Assembly (NCBI RefSeq): GCF_036321535.1
Contig: NC_087436.1
Location: forward strand, 57,600,001-57,664,000
Source of the DNA: Camelus dromedarius
Lineage: Eukaryota
Length of the DNA stretch: 64,000 nucleotides
Direction: 5' to 3'
In this document: piece after piece, positions 1-13,180 of the stretch
Layout of the letters: each line of letters opens with the position of its first letter
Position numbering within the stretch: position 1 is the stretch's first letter
Program-made: the position numbers and the translations under genes
The notes under the pieces: model-generated
Told to the model about the DNA's origin: nothing
The model's database searches: none
Seen by the model: the letters and a program-made list of their open reading frames with translations, nothing else

Positions 1-544
1 ATTTATCTCCAGCTAAAACTTTCTTTTAAACATCCAACTCACATATGCAGCAACTTTCTTGGCGTCTTTGTCTAGATAATTAATAAGCATTTCCTATTAT
101 CTGTCATGCCAAAGGCTGATTCTCATTTGGCTTCTTAAATCTGCTCTTCCCATAGTTTTCTCAATCTCAGTAAATAGCAAATTCATTCTTCCAATTACTG
201 AAGCCAAAGACATTGGACTCATCTTTAACTCCTCTTTTCCATACTCCACATTCAGTCTTTTAGAAAATCTTGTCAGAGCTGCCTTCACAATATATTCAAG
301 TTCAACCACTTCTCACCGCTTCCACCATAACCACTCTGGTCCACCCCCCATCATGTCTCACTTGGATTATTACGGTGGCTTCCTCATGGTCTCCTTGCTT
401 CCAGCCCCCCCCCCCCTTTACACACAGCACCTAGAGTGGACCTTTAAAAATAAGTCCAATCATGTCACCCTTCTGCCCACCCTTCCTTGGTTTCCTCTCT
501 CAGAGTGAAAGCCAAAGTCATTTAAACGGCTTCAAAATATTGTA

Positions 545-960
545 CCTGTGATTTTAATGTGAATCAGAGTCACCTGAGAGGATTTAAGACCTTCAGATGC
601 CTCCCAGTCCCCAGTTGAGATACAATGGGTAATGGGGGTCAAAAGGCATATACTTCCAGTTATAAAATAAATAAGTAGTGGGGATGTGACGTGCAGCATG
701 GTGACCATAGTTAATCATTCTGTATTGTGTATTTGAAAGTTGCTAAGAGAAGAGATCTCAAAAATTCTCATCACAAGAAAAATAAATTTGTATCTATGGT
801 GACGAATGTTAACTAGACTTACTGTGGTGATCATTTCACACTATATACAAGTGGCAAATCAGTATGTTGTACCCTGAAAATAAGATAATATTATATGTCA
901 ATAATATCTCAAAAAAGACACAACTGGAACTTTAGTGGGATCTAAGCATCAGTATTCTTA
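545..960. mobile_element. MER5-like hAT MITE remnant, split by an L1 fragment
   Basis: ttttaatgtgaatcagagtcacctgagag...cagatgcct before the L1 and gtgggatctaagcatcagtatt after it resemble MER5-family sequence. Confidence 0.55.
626..915 (+). mobile_element. 5'-truncated L1 3' UTR (L1MA9-like)
   Basis: ttccagttataaaataaataag...gcagcatggtgaccatagtta...ttgaaagttgctaagagaagagatct...tatgtcaataatatctcaaaaaa, with possible TSD agatacaa (618-625) / agacacaa (916-923). Confidence 0.85.
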
Positions 961-2299
961 ATGGAATCCATCCTGCCTAACTCCCATTCTGATCTTATTT
1001 CTTATCCTCTGCCCTACCATCCCCTTTGCCCCCTGCCCCCCATTGCACCTTGCTCCAGCCACATTGTTAAACTAGGTTCTGCCTCGGGAATTTTGCAATG
1101 TTCCTTCTGCCTGGAGCACTTGTTGTCCCCCTTTTCTCCCCACTATCTTCATGGCTCATAAATGGTCCTCTTTCAGGTCTCTACTCAAATGTAACTTTCT
1201 CAGAGATGCCTTCTGAGAGCACCCACTATGTGGTGGCAACATCCCCCTTTCTGCTTCTCCTTCCTTTCATTCTTACCTTCCAGTTTTTCTTTATTGTACA
1301 TATTTATGTGCTTATCTATTGTTTTCTCTCTACTACAATATAATTTCCATTTGAGTAAGGGCTTTGCTTGTTCTGTTATACCTCCCAATGCCTAGAACAG
1401 TTCCTGGTAAATAATAGGTGCTCAATGAGTATGTTCTGAATGAGTAAGTAAAACAACAGGTTCAGTCCATCCAGATTTTCAGCCAGAGATGAATACTTTG
1501 GGTAGGCTTACTTCACCATTGCATAATGTCTGGAATTTTTTTCTGCTCCAGTCTTCCAAAATCCTTATTATTGGCCCATTTGATATGATTAGTCTTTTGT
1601 TTTGGCTTTCATTTCAATACTCCAGTTTTCCAGCTAGGATTAAGCTAGGCCCTGAAGCCCAGTGGCTTGGCTGGAGCTTTGATGCCCACCTTGGACCTTG
1701 TTGGTTCTCCTTTCCCGCATACTGCTCTGGGACATAAGCAGACAGCCTTACAAATTGATGCTATCTCTCTGACTGAATACTGCTGTTGCCAGCACCACTA
1801 CCTACTTCCTGTTGCCATAGTAACCATCAGTTTCTATCCCCTTTGAAATACATAGTCTGAAGTATTATGTAGTTACCATTGAGATCCTTTGGCTAGGATA
1901 GGAGCTCTAAACCTATTAATACCAACTTTCTTTTCCCTAGTAGTCTTTATTGCTGAGGTTTTAGAATAATTTGTTATTCACCTCCTGAGTTATAACATGT
2001 TATCAAGAAATGAATACTGCCCTCTTATTAACCAGGAACTTCTTTTTCAGTGCAACAAACTAATCCTTCATTCTTAGTAAGATTCTTAACTGTGACATAG
2101 AAGTTTCTCTATTCCTTCTCAAAAATTACCTGTCTTGTGTCCGAATCTCTCCAAAAATAATCTGATAAACTAAATTCCATTAATGTGCTAATGCTAAAGG
2201 CTACTTATAATCAGTCTCCCAGGATGTATTTGCATTTTAACAGGGATTGGTTTTCAATGCTGTATTTTCATTTCATTTTATTAAAAAAATTTTTTTTTC

Positions 2300-3170
2300 A
2301 ATGGTGTATTTTCAGAATGTTGCCGAGTCACCATCATGGCCTCCTAACTGGTTTCCAGCTTCACATCGTCACCTTCAGGTTTTCTCAATACAGCACCCAT
2401 ATGATTTGTCAAAATATGAGTTAAATCATTTTACTCTTCTGTTCAAAATACTTCTAAGTTTCATATTTTACATGGACTGAAAGCCCACTTAGAATGTCCT
2501 ATACGGCCCTGAATGATCACTTCTCAGACTTTAGTGTGCACATGAATCACCTGGGAATCTTGTCAGAATGAGATCTGCATTCAGAGGGGCTCGGGGGCCT
2601 AGGAATCTGCATTTCTAACAAGCTCTTAGGTGATGCTGATGCTGCTTGTTCACAGGATGATGCTGTAACAGGACCTTACATCATATGCCTCTTCCCTGCC
2701 ATGTGGCCTTCTATCCCTCTGGCATCATTACACTCCTGATAGTATCCTTTATTTCTGGAGCTAAGCTAGCCTCCTTCATAGTCTTAGAATATCCAGGCAT
2801 GCTTCCACCTGGGGGCCTTTACACTGGCTGGCCCTCTGCCTGGAAACACTTCACCCAGGTATACACCTTTGTCTCCCCCACCTCCCTTCAAATCATGTTC
2901 CAATGTCACTTTCTTAATGAAGCTTTCCCTGGTCAGCTGATCTAACAAAGCAGACCATCTCCTTTTCCATACCCCCCTTCTTTCTCTCCTACTCCATTTT
3001 CCTCCTTAACACTTAATGCTACTGAAATACAACATATTTTAGTTATCTTATTGTCTGCCTCCTACTAGAATGTAAAGTCCACAAAGGCATTTTGCTTTCA
3101 TTTATGCTCACTCCAGTGACCAAAACACTGGCTGATTCATAGAATGTGCCCAATAAATGTCAAATGGATG
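2300..3170 (+). mobile_element. L2 3' fragment containing a MER5A insertion
   Basis: ctcctaactggtttccagcttc...gggcctttacactggctggccctctgcctggaa...ctagaatgtaaagtccacaaaggca...caataaatg. Confidence 0.8.
2515..2670. mobile_element. MER5A hAT-Charlie MITE
   Basis: ttctcagactttagtgtgcacatgaatcacctggga...ggcctaggaatctgcatttctaacaagctcttaggtgatgctgatgctgct closely follows the MER5A consensus as I recall it. Confidence 0.85.
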
Positions 3171-4319
3171 CATTAAAAACTCAGTTATATTTTTCAAATC
3201 ACATTTTTTCCTACTTATGCAAAATATCCTAGGAAGAAGAAGACAGAAACGCATTTACTCTAGTTTAATTAGGCTAGTTTGGTACAGGTGAATGTCTCCT
3301 AAGAATAGCAGATCAGAACTCATTTACTTAACCCTCATTTATACAGGTTTCTTTGATATGAGCGGAACAAAGATGTTAGAAGGGACCAGGGTCTATCTTC
3401 AAGTAAGAGAAACTTAATGAGACTAATAACACAATTAAGAACAAGCACAACCTGAGACATTGATGGGATCTATTTAAAGTTACAATTGGATTAGGAGGAT
3501 TGTTTTCACAGTGATGCAGACTTTCCTGGAAGGCAGTTACTATACATATGAACTCCTGTCAAAGGTGCTAGAGAAGAAGTTTGGCCTTTTGTGGAATATT
3601 GACTTAAAAGACCTTGGAGGTCTTTTCTGCCTGCACAAATTAGAAATCAATGACAGAGAACAGGAAGCTGCTGTGTGAGATGTGCCAGACTGGTTGCTAG
3701 AGGAAGAATCAGAGCCGCATTTCATGTGTTACAGTTCTCAATCTCATCAACCCCCAGTGAGCTGGAGCAGGGGAGAAGGTTATTGTTTGCTGCTTGGTTG
3801 GCTTTGTGTTTTAATAAAAGCTGGCCAAGACCTTGAAAACTGAACTCCAAAACATTTTATTGTTACTACCTAATCTCTATCTAATCCATTTTCAGCTGTC
3901 TCTGATTTTGGTTGAAAGAAATACATACAATAGACAAATTTCACTGATATTTTCCATTATAAATTAATCACGGGATTCTTCCCTACCCCTCTAGTAAATC
4001 AGAAAACTTAATAAATGTGGTATAATAAATACTTGGGGACTTGACTTGCAGTTTTAAGTCCTCTTTTATCAGCAGACTATCAGGGAATAGAAATTGTTCT
4101 CTATTTCTTTTATTGCATTATCTTTTTACTATGTCATAATTTTAGGTTAACCTTAGGAAATACAAATCATAAAGGTTTGTAATTACAAATCACTCATATA
4201 TACACATTCTTTCATGTAAACTTCAGGATCATCTCATAAATTTATTACTCTAGTCATGCTATTTATTGATGCTTCTACATATATATATATTACATTATAT
4301 ATATATATCATTAAATAAT

Positions 4320-4620
4320 GACAAAAACCATATGAGATAGAAATTCTTATCATCATGATAAAAACCCTGAGCCCCAGAGATTTTAAGTAACTAAAGCAAC
4401 TAATCACATTTCCACATTTTACTTAAAAAATTGAACTGGATTCAAACCCAGGTTGTATGCCTACAAAGCATAGGCTTTTAACTCTTACATTGTGATAATT
4501 TCACAGATGGTACATGAGTCTTAGAGAAACCAAGTGATTTCCTCAAAGTTATACAGCTAAGAACTGGAAGAACCAGGAAAGAAAACCGGATAGTTTTTTT
4601 CTAAGACCAGAGTTCTTCCC
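4320..4620 (-). mobile_element. Two adjacent MIR SINE fragments
   Basis: ctgagccccagagattttaagtaact...ggattcaaacccaggt, followed by tttcacagatgg...agagaaaccaagtgatttcctcaaagttatacagctaag (reverse MIR core). Confidence 0.7.
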
Positions 4621-5160
4621 AGTCTTCATAATAATTTCTTTAAGACAAAGTATGACATTTAAAAGCAGCATAAGAAACACTAGCCCAAGCTAAAAGGCAA
4701 TGGAATGGCTACATATTTAAAGACAAAGAAACATGAAAGCCTAAAGAATAAGTAAAATTTCTCAGCACATGCTGCAAAATGGTCAGTAGCTGAGTCTAAA
4801 ACACCTCTATCTACTTCACAGAATCTTGGATTGGAATTGTCTCAGTGTGGATATTTACTGTTTATTTTTACATATACACAAATGTCTAGTTAAATTCCAT
4901 ATGGTTAAATAATAAAAAGGTAAAAAATAAAAAAACTCAGAAAATGTAGGAACCTGTATGTACATAACTTGGAAAAGAAGTTTTCATAAAGAACACTGAA
5001 GACCTTAGAAGATATGTATGAATATCTTACATCTATGACTACTTAAATCTTCGGTGTAGCAGTTGATGTCCTATATCTTTATGATTTATATATTATTTTG
5101 GAAACACCAGGATGTAGGAAATGTAACCAGTTTGTATTAATATAAAGAATGAAGGGTAAT

Positions 5161-5161
<1 letters not shown>

Positions 5162-5207
<46 letters not shown>
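5162..5207. repeat. (GT)23 microsatellite
   Basis: Uninterrupted GT run seen directly. Confidence 0.98.
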
Positions 5208-5211
<4 letters not shown>

Positions 5212-6893
5212 CCATAAGCATAGAACAAGGTCTTATTTACCTGACTGGCTACCTCAGAAAGTTACCAGTCTCTTATGGCCTCACTATTTCCATTCTTTTC
5301 ATACTCTTACCAATTTCCAAACATCAGCTATAGTGATCTTCTTGACAGATAAAAATGAATCATGACAATCCCCTGTAAACCCAAGTTCTTTACAAATCAT
5401 GGACTTCAACTTATACTTATCCTCGAGAAAACAACATTCTTTTTAACAGTAGACAATAAGAAGGAAAGTAACTCTTCCAAAAACCATTTATAATATTTTC
5501 TGAGGCTTAAATTCATTCACATCCTGTGAGTACCTAGTAAATCCTAAAATCTACCCTTCTCTCTCCCTCAGACAACATAAGGTCCCTTCACTCACACACT
5601 CTCCACTGCCCTTCCCAGGCCCTCAGGAACTGGAGGATACCATGGAGAACTTCTAAGAGCCAATGGGCCTCTTGACAGAAGCAAGAACTATTTTAGGATC
5701 AATACCTGGGATCTAGGAAAGTGGGATTACTATAACAAGGGTAAAGGAGTTAGAGGCTATTGCTAACATTTCAAGGGCATTCACTTATTTAAAGGTATCA
5801 TTAGTACTTGGAAAGAGGTTTCTGCCAGCATTATCAGTTTTTTAAAATAATGGTATCAATATAGTTACTGCAAAAATTACTAGGCTGACTCTAGGGAACC
5901 ATAGCAATAGTGGTAGCAGATAAAGGATATCATATGAAAAGGCACAGAATAATGCTAGACCCTGTGGCAGAATAATTTTTTATAGTTATCAGAGCGTTCT
6001 CCAACATGGAATTATTGAGTCTGCCTTTTCAACAAGGAACTCTGACTTGGAATCCAAATTATTCTGCTGTGAAAGGTTATGGAGAAAAGATGTATGCCAC
6101 CATTGGTGCTGTTACTGGTCATTCAGTCATTCATCCCATACTTACTTGTTGAACGTCAATTCTGATGATTTTCACTGTGCTAACCACTGGGATAATTTTA
6201 AAAAAACATCATCAATTCTCTCATGGAGGTTTTGATGGATCCCGAGGAAGAAAGAGTTACTTCTGTATACATGTTTATAAACCACAGCCCAGAATGAAAA
6301 TTAGCCTCATGTGTTTTACACAAAGGACTACTTTCTAAATGTTTTTTTTTTAAATAACTTCTAAATGATGGTTATATAAAAATCAGATATAAACAAAGAT
6401 TTTCACTTTTGGAAATAGAAACAGACATCTGTAGAAAATGTATTTGTTGACAAGATTAGCTTTCACGCAGAGAACTTCACATAATTGTAAGTAAAGATAA
6501 AGTTTCCATCTAAAAACAAGTGCAGTGTAGAAAATACCAAGTCATATGAAAAAACTGGATAATCTGAATAGTATTTGGAATGAGATTTTTAGAAGCCTTT
6601 TCAAGTCTTCATGTGTATAAATCCCTGACCCTGTTCTGAACAAAACACCAAGTCATGTTTTCTAGCTTTGGAATTCCATTGGAAAAGGATCCATTAGATA
6701 CACCGCAGAAAGCTTTGAATTCTCTCTACTGGTGCAATGCATCACCTCAAAATCTTTAAATCGGTAGAAGGTATAATTTAACTGAAAACTCTATGTTAAA
6801 GTTAAAATTTTAAGAAGAAAGTAAATTAAACTCAAGTTAGCAATTCCAATATGGGGGGAAAAGCAGTAGATTCTGAGTGAAAAACTATGGCTA

Positions 6894-7139
<246 letters not shown>

Positions 7140-7574
7140 TCAAGTGGAAGCAAAAAGTAAAACATGTAAATACAAATCTCAAATTGCTTTTCTTATTTTG
7201 TTGTTTCTTCATATTAAGATGTAATATATAAGGAGAAATACTATAAGGGTGTGTGGCACTTGCATGGAACATGACAAGACAAAAATCACTGTTGAAGGAA
7301 AGGTGGAAATTTCTGGTGATAGGACAATGCTTTTTTGGTAAACTTCTCTGCCAAAAAAAAAAAAAATCTAGCAATCCATCAAAGCAAAGACAAATTAAAT
7401 TATATTGCTAGATAATCATATAATCATTTAATTTTTTAAAATTTTCGATGTGTTATAAGCCTCAAGCCTATGTTTTTTTAGGTGGCAAGTCATAAATATT
7501 TTTATAAAATAATTACATTTTGCATAAACAACATGTTTTGGGAAGGTGTATACTTAAAAATTCATACTTGTAAT

Positions 7575-7800
7575 ATTCATCACTTATTGAGTGGCTATTA
7601 CATACTTGCCAGGCAACTGGCATACATTATCCTTCCAGCAATGCCTCATGTTTAGAACTATTTCACCCATTTTATAGACAAGAAACCTAAGTAGGGAGAA
7701 TAAAGGACTAGATCAGTGTGGCACAGTCAGTGAGGGATAGAGACAGAATTCAAACATAGACCTGACTGGCTCCAAAAACCGTATTATTTCTACTGCAAGA
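7575..7800 (-). mobile_element. MIR SINE
   Basis: cacttattgagtggcta...cccattttatagacaagaaacct...agacagaattcaaacatagacctgactggctccaaa. Confidence 0.75.
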
Positions 7801-7850
7801 TACTGACTCTTATTTCTATATTTCTTTTGCTAGATTGGCTTTAAGTGTCT

Positions 7851-7899
7851 TGTGTCTATCTGTGTGTGTGTGAGAGAGAGAGAGAGGGAGAGAGAGAGA
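7851..7899. repeat. Compound (TG)n(AG)n microsatellite
   Basis: Seen directly. It explains the CVCVRERERE stretch of ORF 7852-8181. Confidence 0.9.
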
Positions 7900-10789
7900 C
7901 TTCCATTTGGATTCAAACAGAATAAATTTCATTCTTCTGGAAAGCTGAATATGTTTTCAGTTTTCTCTTTTACAGAACAATGCTCTGGGATTTTCAAATC
8001 AATCTTTGAGTTACAGATGATATCTACTTGTCCCAGGTTATTCGTCTCTAAATTGGTGGTCAGTCTCCTTATATTTGAATTTCTGAGTCACTCTATACTT
8101 TCTAACTTGGAGAACCAATCACTTCTTCACCAGAACTCACTGAATTTGTGTAGGAGCTCAACTCTAATGACTGGCATTTAAGAACAAATACGTATTTTTG
8201 GCATACTATTCAAAATTAGATGCTGGCACATTTCAAACTCACTAACCTCTGAGAATGGGAGCAGATGCTTTGAAACACCATAGCATATTTTGAACAAGAA
8301 TAAATACCTACCAGCCCTCCATAACCATGGGCCATGAATCTCATGTTAGGAGACCTCTGACCTTTTGATCTGTTTCCAGATGGCGTTTGCTGATGATTTC
8401 CTGGGGGTCTTTGCAACTAGCACTAGCATTGGGCAAGTGTATTGGGAATATTCTTGCAGGTCACCAGTTTCCATCATGTGCAAAACTGTTGTAAACGATA
8501 CATTATGAGCCGTATTTGTTAGAGGACTATTTGTGCCAATTCCTAATGGTAACTCTCAGCAAAATTTAATCTACATTTTGCTGAGTTTTATGTGCTTGAT
8601 GTATACTACATATTATATGGAAATGAGTGATACTGTGATAATTTCTTTTTGCTCTACACTTCTGCTGCATAAAGTGATACACTTAAAATTTACTATTTGA
8701 AGGGAAGAATTTTCTGGAATATTCTACAACTGTTGAGCTAATTCTACCATTCGTAAAAGATAAAGTGACAGTATACGTGAATAATTGAGGGCAGAGGCAG
8801 GAATAAATGTTAGCTACATGGGGCTACTGTACAACCTACTAGCAGAGTGACAGGGCATTGGCTCCCGGGACATACCATAATTATCTTGGTAGTAGTATAG
8901 CTATAAGAATTTTGTTTCAAAAGAGGAATTTGTTTCTTATTTACTACTGTTTCCAGTAGTAGAAGTAAAACTATATTCAAAACATTAACATTTTAACATA
9001 TTCCCCACTGTTTAGTGATGCTCTAAACTGGTAACACAGGAGAAGGAAAAGAAACATATCCATACAGGTTATGATGGGCCTCATGGGCTCAATGTCTACA
9101 AATATGAGGGGCAGGTTTAGGCAGATGTACAGAGCTTGCACTCTCTAGAACCTGAAGGTGCATGGCTGGAGAAGGCCATGCTAGGATTCATCAGAAGCCC
9201 TCCCAGGACAGGACTGGCCACTTGTTGCTTAGTTCTGGCAATCAGTACTGATCATCACTTTTAAAAGGTTGTAACCTGGCGAGATCATAGTCTAGGGAAG
9301 AAAAATGTTTCTGCCTGTATCTAAATATATGACTGGCTTGATCAAGTAGTCATACTAGTAAAATACTGTTAAATAAATTAATGCTACCTCTTAGCTTTCC
9401 ATGAAAAGAAAATTGAAATCAAGTATTAGGATCTTTAATATAATCTAGTTTCTGTGACATAATATCACCTTAAACATTAGCTTGAAACCTGAATACAGCA
9501 TTATAGTAGTTTTTTAGATGGTGAAACTACTTTGTACACATAAAAGAATTTTAAAGTCACGTCGTAATATGTTGCTTATGTGAAGTCTTTGTGTCAGGAA
9601 AAGGAAGTATATTTTCAACATATTTCAAATTTAGCAGAGCGTTTTGTAACTTAGAACAAAGGCATGTTCCCTCTCGCTTCATTTCTGATATCAAGTTCAG
9701 CTTATAAATTTGCCTTGAGATATGCTTGCAATAAAAATTACAGCTTGTCTGATTCAGTGTCATTCCATTATAGTACACCAAGACAGCACAGCAAAGGTGG
9801 CAAAAACAAGATGAGGCAAAATGAAGTGAGCACAAATAGCTTTTTACAGAAAGAGAAGGCTGTTTGAGGAGCCCAAAAGAGAGGAGGGTGCCTATTATAA
9901 GCAGTGATTTTGCTATTTTCATGCTCATAAGATTTTACAGCAAGATCAGCAGAAATGCTACGGCCTATATTATAAGCCCTAAGAGAAATCAAGTAGGTTA
10001 TTCCACAAGTGGTAATCCTCAGAGACATTCTATCTTAAGGCCAACATCTGAGAGGATATTATTTAGACATGCCAACTCATTGTTGTAAAATGCAAAACAA
10101 TTATAAAATAGTCAATAAGCACCTAATACATAAGTTTACCTTGGCAAATACTGACATTTCTTTTAACAATCTGCAACGTTTACCCAAGACTCAGAAAAAA
10201 CGGGAAACCTAGAGCATTCTAGAAAAGAGTTAGCTGTGAATATACTCATACACACTAATATATTCGGTTTCTTACCTACCCATACAAAACCAACATACAC
10301 TTACAGGAAACTCAGCAAATGATCACTCCGCGCATCTCAAACACCTGAGCCGTCCCTTCCCAACCCCAAACCCAATTCATGCACACAGAGTAAAAAATGA
10401 GTGTCTATAGCTGTAAGTGGTGAATGATAAAAGAAAGCAAATGCTTTGCCACTCTAATCAGCCTTATTTTCTCGACATCTTACTGAGATTCTTCTTCTGT
10501 TTCTTGTACCAGGGTCCCATATGACTAGCAACCCACAGGTACTAAACAACACTGTCTGATAGGTAAGTGATATTTACTTACATGAACATTACATACACTG
10601 AGAAACTGTATGATTAAGGGTACTTCTGTGGAAGGAAATTTTAGGAATTTGGGTGGATCTAGGCTGATTACAAACTCTTTCCATGAGAAGAATAAACTTA
10701 CAACCCTTCAGGCATTGAAAATTAATTTTGATACATGTGATAGTCTGATATTAGCTGTATCTGATAGCACAGCTTTGATATTAGGTTAG

Positions 10790-10960
10790 ATTTTAAAGTC
10801 AAGCAGGTCTATTATTTGTGAGCTGTATGATGTTAGGCATCCCTGTTAATGTATCTTTCCTCATCCATAAGTGGATAGAGTAACAGTGCCCTCCCCAAAG
10901 AGTGATGATTAGAGGACCTGTCACATCAGCATTTGATCAAGTTATCTATTGTCCTTATAT
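10790..10960 (+). mobile_element. MIR SINE fragment
   Basis: agctgtatgatgttaggca...tttcctcatccataagtggatagagtaacagtgccctccccaaagagtgatgattagagga. Confidence 0.6.
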
Positions 10961-12149
10961 AAAGATTATTATTACAATGATTCCTCTCCTCATAATGTCC
11001 TATTTAATGATTTCCAATGGATTTTTTTTTTTTTTTTTTTTTTTGCGTATGGCAGGATTACCTTTTATTCTGTTAAAGAGGAAATTCATGAATTGGAGTT
11101 GAATTAATGTCTCATGTCCTTTCTAAGTATAAGAATGTATGAAACTTTGATACTAAATGGTCATAACTTTCTTCACAGCAAATTCTTTGGGACACTTATA
11201 TGACTTTGTTAATGATATTGTGTTATAGTGAATGTGTTGCTACTTACATTTCTAAAGCTATCAAGTAGTTAAAAATCTAATTCCTATCCCCTCTGCAGTG
11301 AACTTTCATTCATATTTTTACCTGTTTTCCTTTAATAAGAGAATAGCTCTTACCTATACAAATTTTAAAATAAAACTATCATAAACCTTTCTTCTCCGTG
11401 CATCTCCCTCCCTTCCTTCCGTCTTCCCTCCCTCCCTCTTTCTCTCTTTTAACATTTGAGCCCGGTGGTGTGGAATGCACACCAACAAATGACAAGAGTG
11501 AGCTGCAAGCTCTAGCTCTGGGGAATGTTAACTCGAATCCCATTTTTAATGGAATAGAACACGTCAACTCAAGTTATCACATTAGAAGGATTTTTCTTCA
11601 GGGGGAAAAAATGGAACATGGTTGATAGGATAGGCGTTGCGTGCTTCAGCCAAAGGGGCTGACAGTGAGAGAGAGACAGACACATAGGGGTATATTAAAA
11701 GTGTCCTCCAACTCAGTTCATGTTTTACCCCCATAACCTCTCCCCAGTTTCCTTCTCTGGATGCCAATTTCAGCAACTGCCAAAGAGCAGATACTGCTGG
11801 GGCTCCAAGGGCCCATTAGCAACTACATACAGAGACTGCCTGGTGCCCACTGCAGTTCACTGGTTGCAGTAGCTGAGAGTTGTCCTGGGCAGGGCACAGA
11901 GACAGGTTTTCCAAGCACAAAAAGTGCTTCAAAATTTGACACTTAAAAAACCAACTATGTACCATAATAGAGGGCCAGCAGAGTGAGCATTAGTGTCATT
12001 GAGATCCAAGAAGCAGAAAAAAGTGTTGGACAATGGATTGAGGTGGTCAGGTGAGGCGGGCCTACCACGCAGAGGTGCTCCCAACAGTTATGCACTGGGA
12101 CAACCCTTCGTTTCTAAAAAAAAAGGGGTTTTGAAGATGTAAAGATCTG

Positions 12150-12310
12150 AGTTTCAGTTCTTGAACAAATTATTTAAACTTCTCCAAACTGCAATTCCTT
12201 TCCCTATTATACAGGGGAAATGATAATTTTATAATAAGGTATCTGGAGGTTTGAAGAAGATTTTAATATGACACTTACTGTTTAAGTGCTCAATTACTGG
12301 TAGTTGCAAT
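12150..12310 (+). mobile_element. MIR SINE fragment
   Basis: cttgaacaaattatttaaacttctccaaactgcaattcctttccctatt...taagtgctcaat. Confidence 0.55.
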
Positions 12311-12399
12311 CATTAACTTATTACTGTTATTGTTGTTACTTTGTTTTCTAATATAATTTCTAGACTTGCCATCTTTTTATTTGTCCTACCAGTTATATT

Positions 12400-13030
12400 C
12401 ATTCTTAGCTAACCCCTTTCTCACCTGTGGCCTTTCTCTCTAACTCCCCGAGCCCATTTCATCTCTCATCAAGTTGTACACATTTTACCTCCTACATCTT
12501 GCAAATCTGTCACTACCTTTGCCTTTCCATTGCTAATACCCTCATCATTTCTACCTAGAAGATTATTTCTAAGTTTTTTCCCCGTCTCTACTCCAACCTA
12601 CATCTAATCCACCCTCCCCACCACAGCTAAAGTGCTGTTACTGATGTGCAAATCTCATTCTGTTCTTGCCTTATTTAAATACTTCCTCTATACTCCACCA
12701 CCCTTAGAAAATGACTCAAACTCCATAGCATTCAAGATCCTTCAAAAATTTGCCCTAAACACTTTTTTTTTTTTTACCATCTTCAAAAATAACCATTTTC
12801 TTCACTGTATTCACATTATAGGGCAAACATACCACTTCATCATTCCTCGCGTGGTAGGAGTTTTCTCAGCATAAGATCTTTCCTTGTCTTCCTGGTGAAT
12901 TTCTTCCCTTCAAGCTTAAACTCAGCTGCCTCTTCAGGGCTCTTCTAACACTTAGAATATGTTCAAATTTTAGCATTGTGTTTTGAAATTTTATTTCTTT
13001 GTTTGCCTCATCAGAATACATACTGCTGAC

Positions 13031-13080
<50 letters not shown>

Positions 13081-13180
13081 CATCCATCCATCCATCCACC
13101 CATCCATCCCTCTATCTATCTTCGCCTTCAAACTCAGAGCCTAGCCCAGGGTGTGGAAAATAGCAATCAATGAGGCTCAT
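12400..13180 (+). mobile_element. Decayed L2 3' fragment
   Basis: ccctcatcatttctacctaga...aatccaccctccccaccacagcta...tgcaaatctcattctg...aaactccatagcattcaagatccttc...agagcctagcccagggtg. Confidence 0.65.
13031..13120. repeat. Compound (TCTA)12(TCCA)n tetranucleotide microsatellite
   Basis: Seen directly. Confidence 0.97.

Larger units (their letters stand above)
1..1450 (+). mobile_element. L2 LINE 3' portion, interrupted at ~545-960
   Basis: L2-like text throughout (ccaactcacatat, tcttccaattactgaagccaaa) and the L2 3' end cctagaacagttcctggtaaataataggtgctcaatgagtatgttctgaatgagt at ~1390-1445. Confidence 0.85.

Noticed and set aside
9557..10088. Four overlapping ORFs on both strands
   Set aside because: No recognisable domain or exon structure. 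Compatible with chance.
10270..11360. Other sense-strand AG|GTAAG junctions (~10275, ~11352) as recursive sites
   Set aside because: Weaker pyrimidine tracts and donors than the 49655 site.
11975..11988. CTCF-like motif CCAGCAGAGTGAGC
   Set aside because: Mismatches fall in the core GGC positions. Not supportable without ChIP data.
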